From the NCBI GenBank assembly GCA_938015875.1, contig CALLXE010000047.1, forward strand, positions 7,101 to 71,100: DNA of 64,000 bases. Direction: 5' to 3'. Within the stretch, counting starts at the first letter, position 1, and each line of letters opens with the position of its first letter. The position numbers and the translations under genes were made by a program. Shown here piece by piece: positions 11,693 to 21,330 of the stretch. Source of the DNA: an uncultured Robiginitomaculum sp. (GTDB lineage Bacteria > Pseudomonadota > Alphaproteobacteria > Caulobacterales > Maricaulaceae). Under the pieces are notes generated by a model that was given only the letters and a program-made list of their open reading frames with translations, had not been told where the DNA came from and did no database searches.

Positions 11693-11755
11693 GCCCTGAC
11701 GGCATAAAGAGCAGCGCCAAGGCAACCGCAGCACAAGTCTGCGCGTATAAAAACC

Positions 11756-12343
11756 ATGAAACACGCAATGATAACAGCCGCTCTTATGTTAACCGCCGCC
11801 TGCGCGCCTGCAACCCTCAGCGCAACAGACAGCGCAGCCCCGGCGCCGGAGACCCCTATGGAAATTGATTTTAAATCTGCAACATCCGGCTGGTCCGCTG
11901 TCAATGACGGCGTCATGGGCGGGAAATCCTCAGGCGGGTCAAGCATCAATCAAAGTCTGTTGGTTTTTGAAGGGGTTTTGAATACTGATGGCGGCGGATT
12001 TTCTTCTGTACGAACGCCTGTATCGCCCGGGGATTTAGCCGGAGCGACAGGATTAAAATTACGCGTGAAATCCGATGGGCGGGCCTATAAATTTACAATG
12101 CGAACGGACAAAAGAAATATGTTTCGTGCCGTTTCCTTTAATGCGGGCATCCCGGTCAGTCCGGCCGGTGAGTGGACAAACGTCACGGCCAATTTTGACG
12201 GCGCAGAAGCCTCAGTATGGGGGCGAAAACTATCGGGCGTCACGTTTGATCCGGCAATGGTAGACGAGCTGGGTATTATCATCGCCGACGGCAAAGACGG
12301 CCCGTTTCGTCTTGAGGTCGACCGGATAACAGCTGTTTACTAA
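11756..12343 (+). CDS. CIA30-family lipoprotein
   Basis: Lipobox LTAAC; WSAVNDGVMGGKS, GGGFSSVR, SDGRAYK, GPFRLEV. Confidence 0.88.
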   Translation: MKHAMITAALMLTAACAPATLSATDSAAPAPETPMEIDFKSATSGWSAVNDGVMGGKSSGGSSINQSLLVFEGVLNTDGGGFSSVRTPVSPGDLAGATGLKLRVKSDGRAYKFTMRTDKRNMFRAVSFNAGIPVSPAGEWTNVTANFDGAEASVWGRKLSGVTFDPAMVDELGIIIADGKDGPFRLEVDRITAVY

Positions 12344-13326
12344 ATCAGGGCCATAGCGCGGGCCATAACAGACGGGTCCACGTTTCCGCCGGAGAGCGTC
12401 ACGGCAACGTCGCCGCCGCTTTCGGGCAATCGCCTTGACAAGGCTGCCGCCAACGCCACAGCGCCGCCCGGCTCTGTTGTGATATCCAAATGCATCTTAG
12501 CCAGCGCCATCGTCATAAGGCACTCTTCATCCGTAATTGCGAAGACATCGGTCAAGTGACGGCTATTAATAGGCCAGGTTAAATCCCCCGGCGTCGGCGT
12601 TAACAGCGCATCACAGAGGCTGTCAGGCGCGCCGTCATTGCGTTGCCGACGCCCCGAATGCAGTGATCGCCGATGGTCATCATGATCTGCAGGTTCTGCG
12701 CCGAATATCTTTGCTGCAGGAGCATGACGGGCCAAAGCAAGGCTTGAGCCCGCGCAAAGTCCTCCGCCGCCCATACAAATGATGACCGCGCTCAGCGCTG
12801 CCCCGGCAGTTTTTGCCTGCGCCGCGATCTCAAGACCAGTAGTTCCCTGGCCGGCAATAATGTGCGGGTCATCATAAGACGGCACAATCACGCGGCCTTC
12901 TCGGGCGCTGATCGCCGCAGCAATCGCCTCGCGCGATTGACCGGCGCGGTCGTAAGATACGATCTTCGCGCCATCGGCTAAAACTCCGGCGACTTTAACA
13001 GCAGGGGCATCTTCGGGCATAACAATCACAGCAGAAATGCCCAATTCTTTGGCCACCCGCGAAATGCCCTGCGCATGATTGCCGGAGCTGAAAGCCACGA
13101 CGCCCGCTTTTCGCTGCGCCGCGCTGAGTTGCGATAGCCGGTTCAGAGCCCCGCGGTATTTAAACGATCCGGTTTTTTGCAGGACTTCGGCCTTGCACAA
13201 TACCCGCCGCCCCGCGATGGCGTTGAGCACGCGGCTCTCAAGCAGCGGCGTTTTCACCGCGTGCCCTATCAATCTCTCAGCAGCCGCCTGAACGTCGTCC
13301 GCCGTGATTTTACGGTGTGTTGTCAT
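12340..13326 (-). CDS. PLP-dependent threonine/serine dehydratase (serine racemase-like)
   Basis: KAEVLQKTGSFKYRGA, SSGNHAQG, GGGGL, TEPGGA, LSGGNVD; start at MTTHR. Confidence 0.9.
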   Translation of the reverse strand: MTTHRKITADDVQAAAERLIGHAVKTPLLESRVLNAIAGRRVLCKAEVLQKTGSFKYRGALNRLSQLSAAQRKAGVVAFSSGNHAQGISRVAKELGISAVIVMPEDAPAVKVAGVLADGAKIVSYDRAGQSREAIAAAISAREGRVIVPSYDDPHIIAGQGTTGLEIAAQAKTAGAALSAVIICMGGGGLCAGSSLALARHAPAAKIFGAEPADHDDHRRSLHSGRRQRNDGAPDSLCDALLTPTPGDLTWPINSRHLTDVFAITDEECLMTMALAKMHLDITTEPGGAVALAAALSRRLPESGGDVAVTLSGGNVDPSVMARAMALI

Positions 13327-13407
13327 GGGGGATTTCCGTTCTTTATTGACCCGCTTATCTATTCCCTCCAATATGCAAAAAATTGCACAATAATAAAGGG
13401 AAACTCC

Positions 13408-15030
13408 ATGCTTGGCTTAATGATGAAACACGAAATGATGATCAGTGATCTGATCGAACACGCGGCAGAGGTGCACCGTGACCGTGAGATTTACACCCTA
13501 AACACGGATTTGACTGAACACCGCTATACATGGACGGAATGTGCTGTTCGCGTCCGTCAATTGGCAAATGCCTTGCTGGATGCGGGCATTAAAAAAGGCG
13601 ACCGCGTTGCGACTATTGCATGGAATAATTACCGCCATATTGAGATTTACTACGCCGTGTCCTCTATCGGCGCGGTTGTGCACACAATCAATCCACGCCT
13701 GAAGCCGGAGCAGATCGCCTGGATGGTCAATCATGCCGAAGACACGTTCCTCATGTTTGACACAACATTTGCCCCGATCATCAACGGCGTTGGCGCGATG
13801 TGCCCGACGGTCAAAAAATGGATTTGCCTGACAGATGCTGCCGGCATGCCCGAGATGAAAGTTGATTGCGACGATTATGAGAGCTTTATCGGCGGCGCGT
13901 CCGACCAAATCGTGTGGGAGCGGTTTGACGAAAACACGGCCTGCACGCTTTGCTATACATCCGGCACGACCGGCGATCCGAAAGGCGTTCTGTATTCACA
14001 TCGCTCCACTATTTTGCACGCAATGGCGGGCTGTTTTAATGATGTAATCGGCGGCGGTTCCAACGACACAATCTTGGCCGTCGTGCCGATGTTCCATGTC
14101 AGCGCATGGGGATTGGTCTACTCTGCCGCTATGGTTGGCGCGAAACTGGTTATGCCCGGCCCCGGCATGGACGGCGCGAACCTCACCAAGATGATCAACC
14201 AAGAAGGCGTCACGCTTATGGCCGGCGTCCCGACCGTCTGGCTCGGCATCTATAACCATGTCAAAGCGACCGGCGGCGGCTTACCGACAGTCAAGAAAGC
14301 CCTCGTGGGCGGCTCTGCGCTTCCTGAGAGCCTGCTTCGCGCCTATGAGCAGGATTTGGGCATTGAAATGCAACAGGGCTGGGGCATGACAGAAACAAGT
14401 CCGCTCGGCACGACATACTCCCCCTACCCCGGCACGGACATGTCAGACTATGAAGGCACGGTGCAAGACAAGCTCTACGCCGGCCGCCGTATTTTCGGTA
14501 TGCAAATGCGCATTGTCGATGACGAAGGCACTATTCTGGCCCAAGATGGCAAAGCCGAAGGGCACTTGCAAGTTCGCGGCCCTTGGGTGTCGTCCGGCTA
14601 CTTTAAAGGCGCCGGCGCAGACAGCTTCACCGATGATGGTTGGTTTGCTACAGGAGACGTGTCCAAACTTCACCCGCGCGGCTATATGGAGATTACTGAC
14701 CGTTCCAAAGACGTTATCAAGTCCGGCGGCGAGTGGGTTTCTTCCATTGAGGTTGAAAACGCGGCTATGGATCATCCTGACGTTGCCATGGCAGCCTGTA
14801 TCGGCATCACCCATGAAAAATGGCAGGAGCGTCCGTTTCTGATTGTCCAGCCAATGCTCGGCAAGTCTCCGAATATTGACGAGATCAAGGACTGCATCAC
14901 CGCGAAATGTGCCAAATGGTGGCTGCCCGATGCCGTCGTCTTTCGCGACGAGTTGCCGGTCGGCGCAACCGGCAAAATTCTCAAGCGCGAGCTCAAAGAG
15001 ATTTACAAAGACGAGTATACGAAGGGATAG
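13408..15030 (+). CDS. Acyl-CoA synthetase (AlkK/DmdB-like fatty-acid/MMPA-CoA ligase)
   Basis: YTSGTTGDPKG, QGWGMTETSP, WFATGD, DRSKDVIKSGGEW, TGKI; start at MLGLM. Confidence 0.9.
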   Translation: MLGLMMKHEMMISDLIEHAAEVHRDREIYTLNTDLTEHRYTWTECAVRVRQLANALLDAGIKKGDRVATIAWNNYRHIEIYYAVSSIGAVVHTINPRLKPEQIAWMVNHAEDTFLMFDTTFAPIINGVGAMCPTVKKWICLTDAAGMPEMKVDCDDYESFIGGASDQIVWERFDENTACTLCYTSGTTGDPKGVLYSHRSTILHAMAGCFNDVIGGGSNDTILAVVPMFHVSAWGLVYSAAMVGAKLVMPGPGMDGANLTKMINQEGVTLMAGVPTVWLGIYNHVKATGGGLPTVKKALVGGSALPESLLRAYEQDLGIEMQQGWGMTETSPLGTTYSPYPGTDMSDYEGTVQDKLYAGRRIFGMQMRIVDDEGTILAQDGKAEGHLQVRGPWVSSGYFKGAGADSFTDDGWFATGDVSKLHPRGYMEITDRSKDVIKSGGEWVSSIEVENAAMDHPDVAMAACIGITHEKWQERPFLIVQPMLGKSPNIDEIKDCITAKCAKWWLPDAVVFRDELPVGATGKILKRELKEIYKDEYTKG

Positions 15031-15062
15031 GACAGCATCCGCTTCCCTCGACCTCAAAATTG

Positions 15063-15093
15063 AAAAAAAAGCCGCAAAGTTTGCGGCTTTTTT
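15063..15093. terminator. Bidirectional terminator
   Basis: A8-GCCGCAA-AGT-TTGCGGC-T6 between convergent genes. Confidence 0.85.
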
Positions 15094-15099
15094 ATTGGA

Positions 15100-16356
15100 C
15101 TAAACCTTCTTCCGCCGCCCCTTACGGCGCTCAAACAAGCGGCCTTTTTCGGTTATCAATACCACCGTCAAAGACGCAAGCCCAAGTGCAACGAACCCCG
15201 CCATGATCGGAATGATACTTCCGTCAAACTGCCGGGCAACCAGCCATCCCAGAAAGCCCGCCAGCGTTGTCGTCGCGAAGCCGTAGGCTGCGCTGGCCGT
15301 ACCGGCATTGTCGCCTTGGGCCTCCATAGCGATGGCAGAGAAGTTCGCGCCAATCAGGCCGTAACAGGCAAATGTCAGCGTGAACAAAATATAAAACGTC
15401 CAAAAACTATGGGTCATATATGCAAGCGCGATATTGAGCGCAGACAGCGTGATAAACCCAAACAATGCGGCGTGGGATATCCGGCGCATACCGATACGTT
15501 CGACCACCCGTGAATTGCAAAAATTAGCGACAGCCAGCAAACCGGCAATCCCTGCAAAGTAAAAGACAAATGTGCTTTCTTTATCGAATACATCGGCAAA
15601 AATCTGCTCTGACGCGCCGATGAAGGCGAACAGCGACCCGAATATGATCCCGGAGGCCAGCATATAGCCGCACGTTTCACGGACTTTTAAAACGCGCCCA
15701 TATGCGCCGATTGTGCGCGCCGCAGACTCGGTTTTGCGGCGCTCCGGCGGGAGCGTTTCCGGCAGGCGCAATTGAACCCAAAGAAGGGTTGTCAGACCGC
15801 CTATTCCCAATATGCCGAACGTCCACTGCCATGACGCAACAAGTAATATCCCGGCCCCAATCATGGGCGCGATAATCGGTACGATCATAAATACAGTCAT
15901 AATTAATGACATGACTTTAGCCATGGCCCGCCCTGCCATCAGGTCCCGTACAATAGAGACGCCAATGACGCGGATACCGGCGGCGAACACGCCTTGGATA
16001 AACCGCGTCAGCAAAAGCATATCAAAGCTGCCGGCGCCCATGCATGCAAACCCTGTAATCACATAGCCCAGCAAGCAGAAGCGCAGTAAATTACGACGGC
16101 CAATTCGGTCAGAGGTCGGCCCAAAGACAAGCTGCGGCGCGCCAAAGCCAAGTATGTAAGCAAAAATGACGTTTTGCTGCGCATTGCTCTCGCCCAAATT
16201 AAAGGCCTCTGCAATGTCATCAAGGGCCGGAAGCATCGAATCAATCGCAAGCGCGTTCAGCGCCAGCATGGCCGCTACCATGCCGACAAATTCCCAAAGG
16301 GGTATCGGCAGGTTTACCTCGGCGAGGCTTGCAGCTTTTGGCGATTGATTATCCAT
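15100..16356 (-). CDS. Bcr/CflA-family MFS drug efflux transporter
   Basis: ALAIDSMLPAL, GPTSDRIGRR, about 12 TM segments; start at MDNQS. Confidence 0.9.
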   Translation of the reverse strand: MDNQSPKAASLAEVNLPIPLWEFVGMVAAMLALNALAIDSMLPALDDIAEAFNLGESNAQQNVIFAYILGFGAPQLVFGPTSDRIGRRNLLRFCLLGYVITGFACMGAGSFDMLLLTRFIQGVFAAGIRVIGVSIVRDLMAGRAMAKVMSLIMTVFMIVPIIAPMIGAGILLVASWQWTFGILGIGGLTTLLWVQLRLPETLPPERRKTESAARTIGAYGRVLKVRETCGYMLASGIIFGSLFAFIGASEQIFADVFDKESTFVFYFAGIAGLLAVANFCNSRVVERIGMRRISHAALFGFITLSALNIALAYMTHSFWTFYILFTLTFACYGLIGANFSAIAMEAQGDNAGTASAAYGFATTTLAGFLGWLVARQFDGSIIPIMAGFVALGLASLTVVLITEKGRLFERRKGRRKKV

Positions 16357-16374
16357 ACGCCGGGTATGAACCCG

Positions 16375-16570
16375 CCTGCATCGCTGCGCAAGCTTTGTGG
16401 GTGCGCGAATTGGCTCATGGCTGTGCGCAAAGCAACTTATGGCAATTGCAGGCTTTGAAACTATGGACATTGCGCAGAAATATATTGAGAAAGCGCATAA
16501 GAAAAAGCTTGCAGAGAGAGGCAGCAGGACGCGATTTAGTTCTAACCCCAAATCAAAAGGCTCTATCTAA
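16375..16570 (+). pseudogene. Frameshifted C-terminal remnant of a phage-type tyrosine integrase
   Basis: Joining adjacent frames gives (LH)SLRKLC / VRELAHGC / KQLMAIAGFETMDIAQKYIEKAHKKKLA: box II HxLR plus a catalytic-Tyr helix (TAT 16481-16483); ends about 40 nt from the tRNA 3' end. Confidence 0.65.
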
Positions 16571-16609
16571 TGACTAAGCCAATGAAATATTGATGTGGAT
16601 TATACCGCT

Positions 16610-16684
16610 TGGCAGTCCCTAGGGGAATCGAACCCCTCTTTCCAGGTTGAAAACCTGGCGTCCTAACCGATAGACGAAGGGACC
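16610..16684 (-). tRNA. tRNA-Glu(TTC)
   Basis: GGTCCCTTCGTCTATCGGTTAGGACGCCAGGTTTTCAACCTGGAAAGAGGGGTTCGATTCCCCTAGGGACTGCCA; anticodon arm CCAGG-TT-TTC-AA-CCTGG; encoded CCA. Confidence 0.97.
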
Positions 16685-16701
16685 ACTCAAGCGGTGAGAG
16701 C

Positions 16702-16730
16702 CATATAGTAGAGGCCGAAAAAACGTGCAA
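16702..16730 (-). promoter_or_regulatory. Putative sigma70 promoter of tRNA-Glu
   Basis: Minus strand TTGCAC-N17-TATATG. Confidence 0.6.
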
Positions 16731-16783
16731 GCGGAAAAGTAAGGCAAAGTCGAAAATAACGCACTTTTCAGCCCTCTGAGATT

Positions 16784-16817
16784 AAAAACAAAAAACCCCG
16801 GCCTTTCAGGGCCGGGG
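16784..16817 (-). terminator. Terminator of the carbonic anhydrase gene
   Basis: Minus strand CCCCGGCCC-TGAA-AGGCCGGGG followed by TTTTTTGTTTTT. Confidence 0.8.
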
Positions 16818-16861
16818 AGTGTCGGGCACGAGAAGCCCGGATATCTGTGTATTCACATATC

Positions 16862-17707
16862 CTACTTAATCGGAGACAGCAGCTCCGGCGCTGTTACCAA
16901 TTGGCGAACGCCGTGAGATTTGCTCTCTTCAAAAACATTACCCTGCTCTGCCCAGCGATGCAGCGAGCCAATGTCGACGCGAGCACAAGACGGACGGACG
17001 CTCCACGTGACTTTCATCGGAGAGCAGGTTGATTGATCGTAGCTTGGTCCGGTTGTTGAACCGAGGAACTGTACAGGAGCACCTGTATCAGACGGGATCA
17101 TTTTTGCCTGATGCTTACCGTTCACCATATTGCCATCATAGGCCATATCGGTGAAGTCCAGCGCGTTTTCAGGATCGTTTACAACAAGAAAGACCTGAGC
17201 TTCGACGCGCAGAAGCGGGTCGGAACAGCTATCCGTCAAACAGGACCCAAGGCCCGCGCCGGGCGCAACGTCACAACTGGTGTGAACCCAATGCACTTCG
17301 ATAGTGTCACCCGGCTTAACACCTTTATAGGCACCTTTGCCCATATACGGATCAAACTTCTCAATATCAGTCAAGCTGTCAGTATCATTACAGGCATAAC
17401 CGCCGGAGGCTGTGTCATTGACGAAGACGCTGAAGCCCGGGCCTTTATGTTCGGCATTCGTATGCGTGTGAATGTTACAGAGGTTCATCTCTGAAGCCGC
17501 AGGTGCCATATCAAAGGTGGTCATATTCAAACCGGAGACGCTTGCGATATCGCGAGGGGTTTGCGGGCCGAATGTCGTGCAAAGCTCTGTGCTTGCACTT
17601 GCGGCTTTGGCTTTCATATCGCCGGATTTTTCGCCGGTCATTGTTTCGGTAGCGCATGCGCCGAGAAACAGAGTTCCGGCTGCGACTGTCATGAGTAGTG
17701 AACGCAT
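16862..17707 (-). CDS. Delta-class (TWCA1-like) carbonic anhydrase, lipoprotein
   Basis: Lipobox FLGAC; GPQTPRDI, NLCNIHTHTNAEHK, GDTIEVHWVHTSC, GLGSC, LRVEAQV, GSTTG, CSP…TW motifs. Confidence 0.85.
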   Translation of the reverse strand: MRSLLMTVAAGTLFLGACATETMTGEKSGDMKAKAASASTELCTTFGPQTPRDIASVSGLNMTTFDMAPAASEMNLCNIHTHTNAEHKGPGFSVFVNDTASGGYACNDTDSLTDIEKFDPYMGKGAYKGVKPGDTIEVHWVHTSCDVAPGAGLGSCLTDSCSDPLLRVEAQVFLVVNDPENALDFTDMAYDGNMVNGKHQAKMIPSDTGAPVQFLGSTTGPSYDQSTCSPMKVTWSVRPSCARVDIGSLHRWAEQGNVFEESKSHGVRQLVTAPELLSPIK

Positions 17708-17848
17708 AAATTGGTTTTCCTTATTTGCCCCGCCGCAAGCGGCAGAAGAAGATCAATGATTAGGTGCGGACAAAGTGTCCACATAAACAATACGTCTTAG
17801 CTACCCGATCGGGTTCGATACATACAATATTATTTATGCAGTGATGTT

Positions 17849-17863
17849 ATAGGAAAATCCTAT
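17849..17863. promoter_or_regulatory. LysR-type (T-N11-A) palindromic site upstream of the carbonic anhydrase
   Basis: ATAGGA-AAA-TCCTAT perfect dyad. Confidence 0.5.
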
Positions 17864-17866
17864 GAT

Positions 17867-19633
17867 CTATTCTGCGAGCGCTATATCCATAATATGGAGA
17901 TCAACCGATACTCGGCCTTTCCACTCATTCTTTTTAAGGGTCCCGGCGACATGAACACGGGGCGCAGCAGGGCTTAGGAGAACGTCATCCATCCCGGTCT
18001 CTTGGGCCTTAAAACAAATCGCTTTTAAGCGGCCGCCGGCGGCATCTTCGAAGCTGACCCTCACAAAACCGCCACGCAAACGCTCAGCATAGGCGATGCG
18101 GAGATTTTCAAACGCAAACATAGGCTGCGGGTTTCCGGAGCCAAATGGTGCTACAACGGCGACTTCGTCCAGCAGAGCTATATTCGCCGCACCTGCCGTT
18201 ATAACGGCGTCAATTTTCAAAGATTGCGCCGCGCGAGCCGTTTTGACATCCGCTTCCAAATGCGCGTTGATAAACGTTTCAAAGGCCGGGATTTTGGAGG
18301 CCTCAACCGATAAACCTCCGGCCATTTCATGTCCGCCGCCGGATGTTAACAGGCCGGCAGCTTTGGCCATCGTGATTGCGCCGCCAAGATTGACACCTTT
18401 GATGGAGCGGCCGGAGCCTTTCCCCACACCCTCGTCATTAACGCCGATCACGATGCAAGGCCGGCCAAGTCTGTCTTTCAGGCGTCCGGCGACAATACCG
18501 ATAATGCCGGGGTGCCAGCCATCCATAGACACAATCGTAACGGCGTGATCCTCAGGCAGGCGCGCTGCGCGGGCTTCAGCTTCGCGGAGTATATCGGCTT
18601 GCAGAGCTTTACGTTCGCGGTTCACCTCATCAAGTTGCTCAGCGCTGCGGGTTACAAGCTCAGGGTCGTCAGACGCCAGCATAGCCGCGCCCATGTCAGC
18701 CTTACCAATGCGGCCGCCGGCATTGATACGCGGGCCCAGGATAAAGCCGGCGTGGTAGGTTCCAAGGTCGCCGTCGGCCCCTGCCACATCAGCAAGCGCA
18801 GTCAGGCCCGGATTTTGACGCGCGGACAGAACCTTCAGGCCCTGACGCACAAAGGCGCGATTAACGCCGGTCAGTGAAACAACATCGCAAATTGTCCCCA
18901 TTGCCGTCAGGTCGAGAAATTTTTTGATATCAGGCACACTCTTAAGACCGCGGCGCTTCGCCTCACGTGATAACGCTGCCAACAGCATGAACGTAACCCC
19001 GGCCGCTGCCAAATGTCCCTGCCCTGATGTGTCATCAGCGCGATTTGGATTGACCAAAGCGGCGCAAGGCGGAAGCTGCGCGCCCATTAAATGGTGGTCA
19101 ATTACAATCACCGGCAGATCAATATCTGCCGCCGCCTGCAGCGCGGCAGTTGCAGAAGCGCCGCAATCAACGGTTATTACCAGCTTGGTTCCATCCGCTT
19201 GAATAGATTTAAATGCATCAGCTGACGGGCCGTAACCTTCCGCAACCCGGTCCGGTACATAAAGCCCGAATGAATGCCCCATGGCGCGCCCAAAGCGCAG
19301 AAGCTGCGCGGCAGAGGTGCCGCCGTCCACATCATAATCGGCGAAAACTGTAATCTTATCGCCCCGATCCACGGCATCGAGAATAAGCCCGGCCGCTTTG
19401 TCCATATCGGCAAAACTTGACGGATCCGGCATGGAATTGCGCAGTGTTGGATTCAGAAAGACATCGGCATCATCCGGCGTGACGCCCCGCCCGCACAATA
19501 AATCTGACACAATGTGAGAGGCTCCGGTCTTGGCCGTTATGGCCTTAGAGCGCTCCGGATCCGTGCAGCGCGCCACCCACGCCTGCCCGCATACGGACTG
19601 TGTTACGCCGAGAAGAGCGGGTGTATTGGTCAC
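17867..19633 (-). CDS. recJ: ssDNA exonuclease RecJ
   Basis: DYDVDG, TVDCG, IDHH, GPRINAGGR, GGGHEMAGG. Confidence 0.97.
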   Translation of the reverse strand: MTNTPALLGVTQSVCGQAWVARCTDPERSKAITAKTGASHIVSDLLCGRGVTPDDADVFLNPTLRNSMPDPSSFADMDKAAGLILDAVDRGDKITVFADYDVDGGTSAAQLLRFGRAMGHSFGLYVPDRVAEGYGPSADAFKSIQADGTKLVITVDCGASATAALQAAADIDLPVIVIDHHLMGAQLPPCAALVNPNRADDTSGQGHLAAAGVTFMLLAALSREAKRRGLKSVPDIKKFLDLTAMGTICDVVSLTGVNRAFVRQGLKVLSARQNPGLTALADVAGADGDLGTYHAGFILGPRINAGGRIGKADMGAAMLASDDPELVTRSAEQLDEVNRERKALQADILREAEARAARLPEDHAVTIVSMDGWHPGIIGIVAGRLKDRLGRPCIVIGVNDEGVGKGSGRSIKGVNLGGAITMAKAAGLLTSGGGHEMAGGLSVEASKIPAFETFINAHLEADVKTARAAQSLKIDAVITAGAANIALLDEVAVVAPFGSGNPQPMFAFENLRIAYAERLRGGFVRVSFEDAAGGRLKAICFKAQETGMDDVLLSPAAPRVHVAGTLKKNEWKGRVSVDLHIMDIALAE

Positions 19634-19645
19634 AATAGCACGCGC

Positions 19646-20866
19646 TTACTGCGCGGCATCAAGGTTGACTTCGCCGGCATCAAACCGCGCCATGAAAGCT
19701 TTTATGTTGCGGGCGGCTTGGCGGATGCGCTGCTCGTTTTCCACCAGTCCCAAACGGACATACCCTTCGCCGTTTTCGCCAAAGCCAATGCCGGGCGACA
19801 CGGCCACTTCCGCTTCGCGCATCAGCATTTTTGAAAACTCTACGGAGCCCAGATGGGCAAATTTTGGCGGGATTGGCGCCCAGATAAACATGGAGCCATC
19901 CGGTACAGGCATATCCCAGCCGGCGCGGCCAAAGCTGTCGATCATAACGTCGCGCCGAGAACGATAGACAGCGCGGGCCATTTCCACGCAATCCTGCGGG
20001 CCGTCCAAGGCCGCGCAAGCTGCGACTTGGATTGGCGTGAACGCCCCATAGTCCAAATAAGATTTCACGCGGGCAAGCGCAGCAATTAAGCGCGGCGACC
20101 CAACGGCAAAACCCATGCGCCAGCCGGCCATAGAATAAGTCTTGGAGAGTGAAATCGTCTCAACGGCGACATCCTTTGCGCCCTCAACCTGAAAAATAGA
20201 GGGCGGCACATCAGTAAAGTAAATTTCGCTGTAGGCCAAATCAGACAGCACAATCGTTTTGTGCTTTTTAGCCAGCGCAACGATTTCCTCATAGAATGAT
20301 AAATCGGCGATATGCCCGGTCGGGTTTGACGGAAAGCAGACAACAATGGCCATCGGCGGTTTATCGGCGGTCTCAAGGGCCGCTTTAACGCCGGCCAAAT
20401 ACTCATCGGCGGTCAATGCCGGAATGCCCTGAATGGTCGCTCCGGCAATTATAAAGCCGTAAGCATGCAGCGGATAAGATGGATCCGGCGCGTAAATAAC
20501 GTCGCCGGGGGCCGTAATCGCCTGAGCCAGATTCGCAAAGCCTTCTTTGGATCCGATCGTTGCTACGACTTCCGTTTTCGGGTCCAAGTCCACGTCAAAT
20601 CGGCGCTTGTAATAGCGCGAACATGCCTGGCGCAGCCCCAAAATGCCGCGTGATACAGAATAACCCGTTGTCCGCGGCTTTTGCACCGTCTCAATCAACT
20701 TATCGATAATATGCTGAGGCGTCTTCATATCCGGATTACCGAAGCCGAAATCAATGATGTCCGCCCCGTCTTTGCGCAATTGCGCTTTAAGAATGTTGAC
20801 GCTTTCAAACACATAAGGTGGCAGACGCTTGATACGGAAAAACTCTTCGTATTTTTCTTGGGACAT
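19646..20866 (-). CDS. Class I/II PLP aminotransferase (AlaC / LL-DAP aminotransferase-like)
   Basis: RIKRLPPYVF, FPSNPT, SDLAY, SLSKTYSMAGWRMG, KSYLDYG. Confidence 0.9.
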   Translation of the reverse strand: MSQEKYEEFFRIKRLPPYVFESVNILKAQLRKDGADIIDFGFGNPDMKTPQHIIDKLIETVQKPRTTGYSVSRGILGLRQACSRYYKRRFDVDLDPKTEVVATIGSKEGFANLAQAITAPGDVIYAPDPSYPLHAYGFIIAGATIQGIPALTADEYLAGVKAALETADKPPMAIVVCFPSNPTGHIADLSFYEEIVALAKKHKTIVLSDLAYSEIYFTDVPPSIFQVEGAKDVAVETISLSKTYSMAGWRMGFAVGSPRLIAALARVKSYLDYGAFTPIQVAACAALDGPQDCVEMARAVYRSRRDVMIDSFGRAGWDMPVPDGSMFIWAPIPPKFAHLGSVEFSKMLMREAEVAVSPGIGFGENGEGYVRLGLVENEQRIRQAARNIKAFMARFDAGEVNLDAAQ

Positions 20867-20909
20867 TGTTATTCGCTGACTTTTGTAAGTTTAAGGCGCG
20901 GACGCCTGA

Positions 20910-21251
20910 TTATTTCGGGTCGTCTAATTTATAAGCATTGACCATAGCCAATAATTGCCGGCGGGCAGCTTCCATATCGGAGGCAACAGGAACCGACATA
21001 GCGTCAACATCCGCAAAGGCGTCGGATTTAGCTAAAAGCCTACTTGCGCGGCGATCAAACACTTTACCGCTCGGCACATCTGTCGGCTTAGCCGGGACAT
21101 TTTTTGCCTCAGGATAACCCTGAATATTGGCGAGCGCCTCTTTAAATTCTTCAGGCGTGCCTTCAACCTGATCAAAGTCCGGCATTGTGACGCACGCGCC
21201 CGCTCCCACCACAATAACGGACAGAATAGCGATACGTGCAAGTGTGATCAT
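20910..21251 (-). CDS. Hypothetical lipoprotein
   Basis: Hydrophobic signal ending GAGAC; GGAGAG RBS. Confidence 0.7.
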   Translation of the reverse strand: MITLARIAILSVIVVGAGACVTMPDFDQVEGTPEEFKEALANIQGYPEAKNVPAKPTDVPSGKVFDRRASRLLAKSDAFADVDAMSVPVASDMEAARRQLLAMVNAYKLDDPK

Positions 21252-21330
21252 GGCGACTCTCCGGGCATAATTTTATGTCCGTTAAAATATGGGCAAAATT
21301 ACGGCCCGTGTCACCCAAAAAAGCAGCCGC

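Noticed and set aside
17841-17858. Possible Zur box GTGATGTTATA upstream of the carbonic anhydrase
   Set aside because: Only the left half matches; the overlapping T-N11-A dyad explains the site better.
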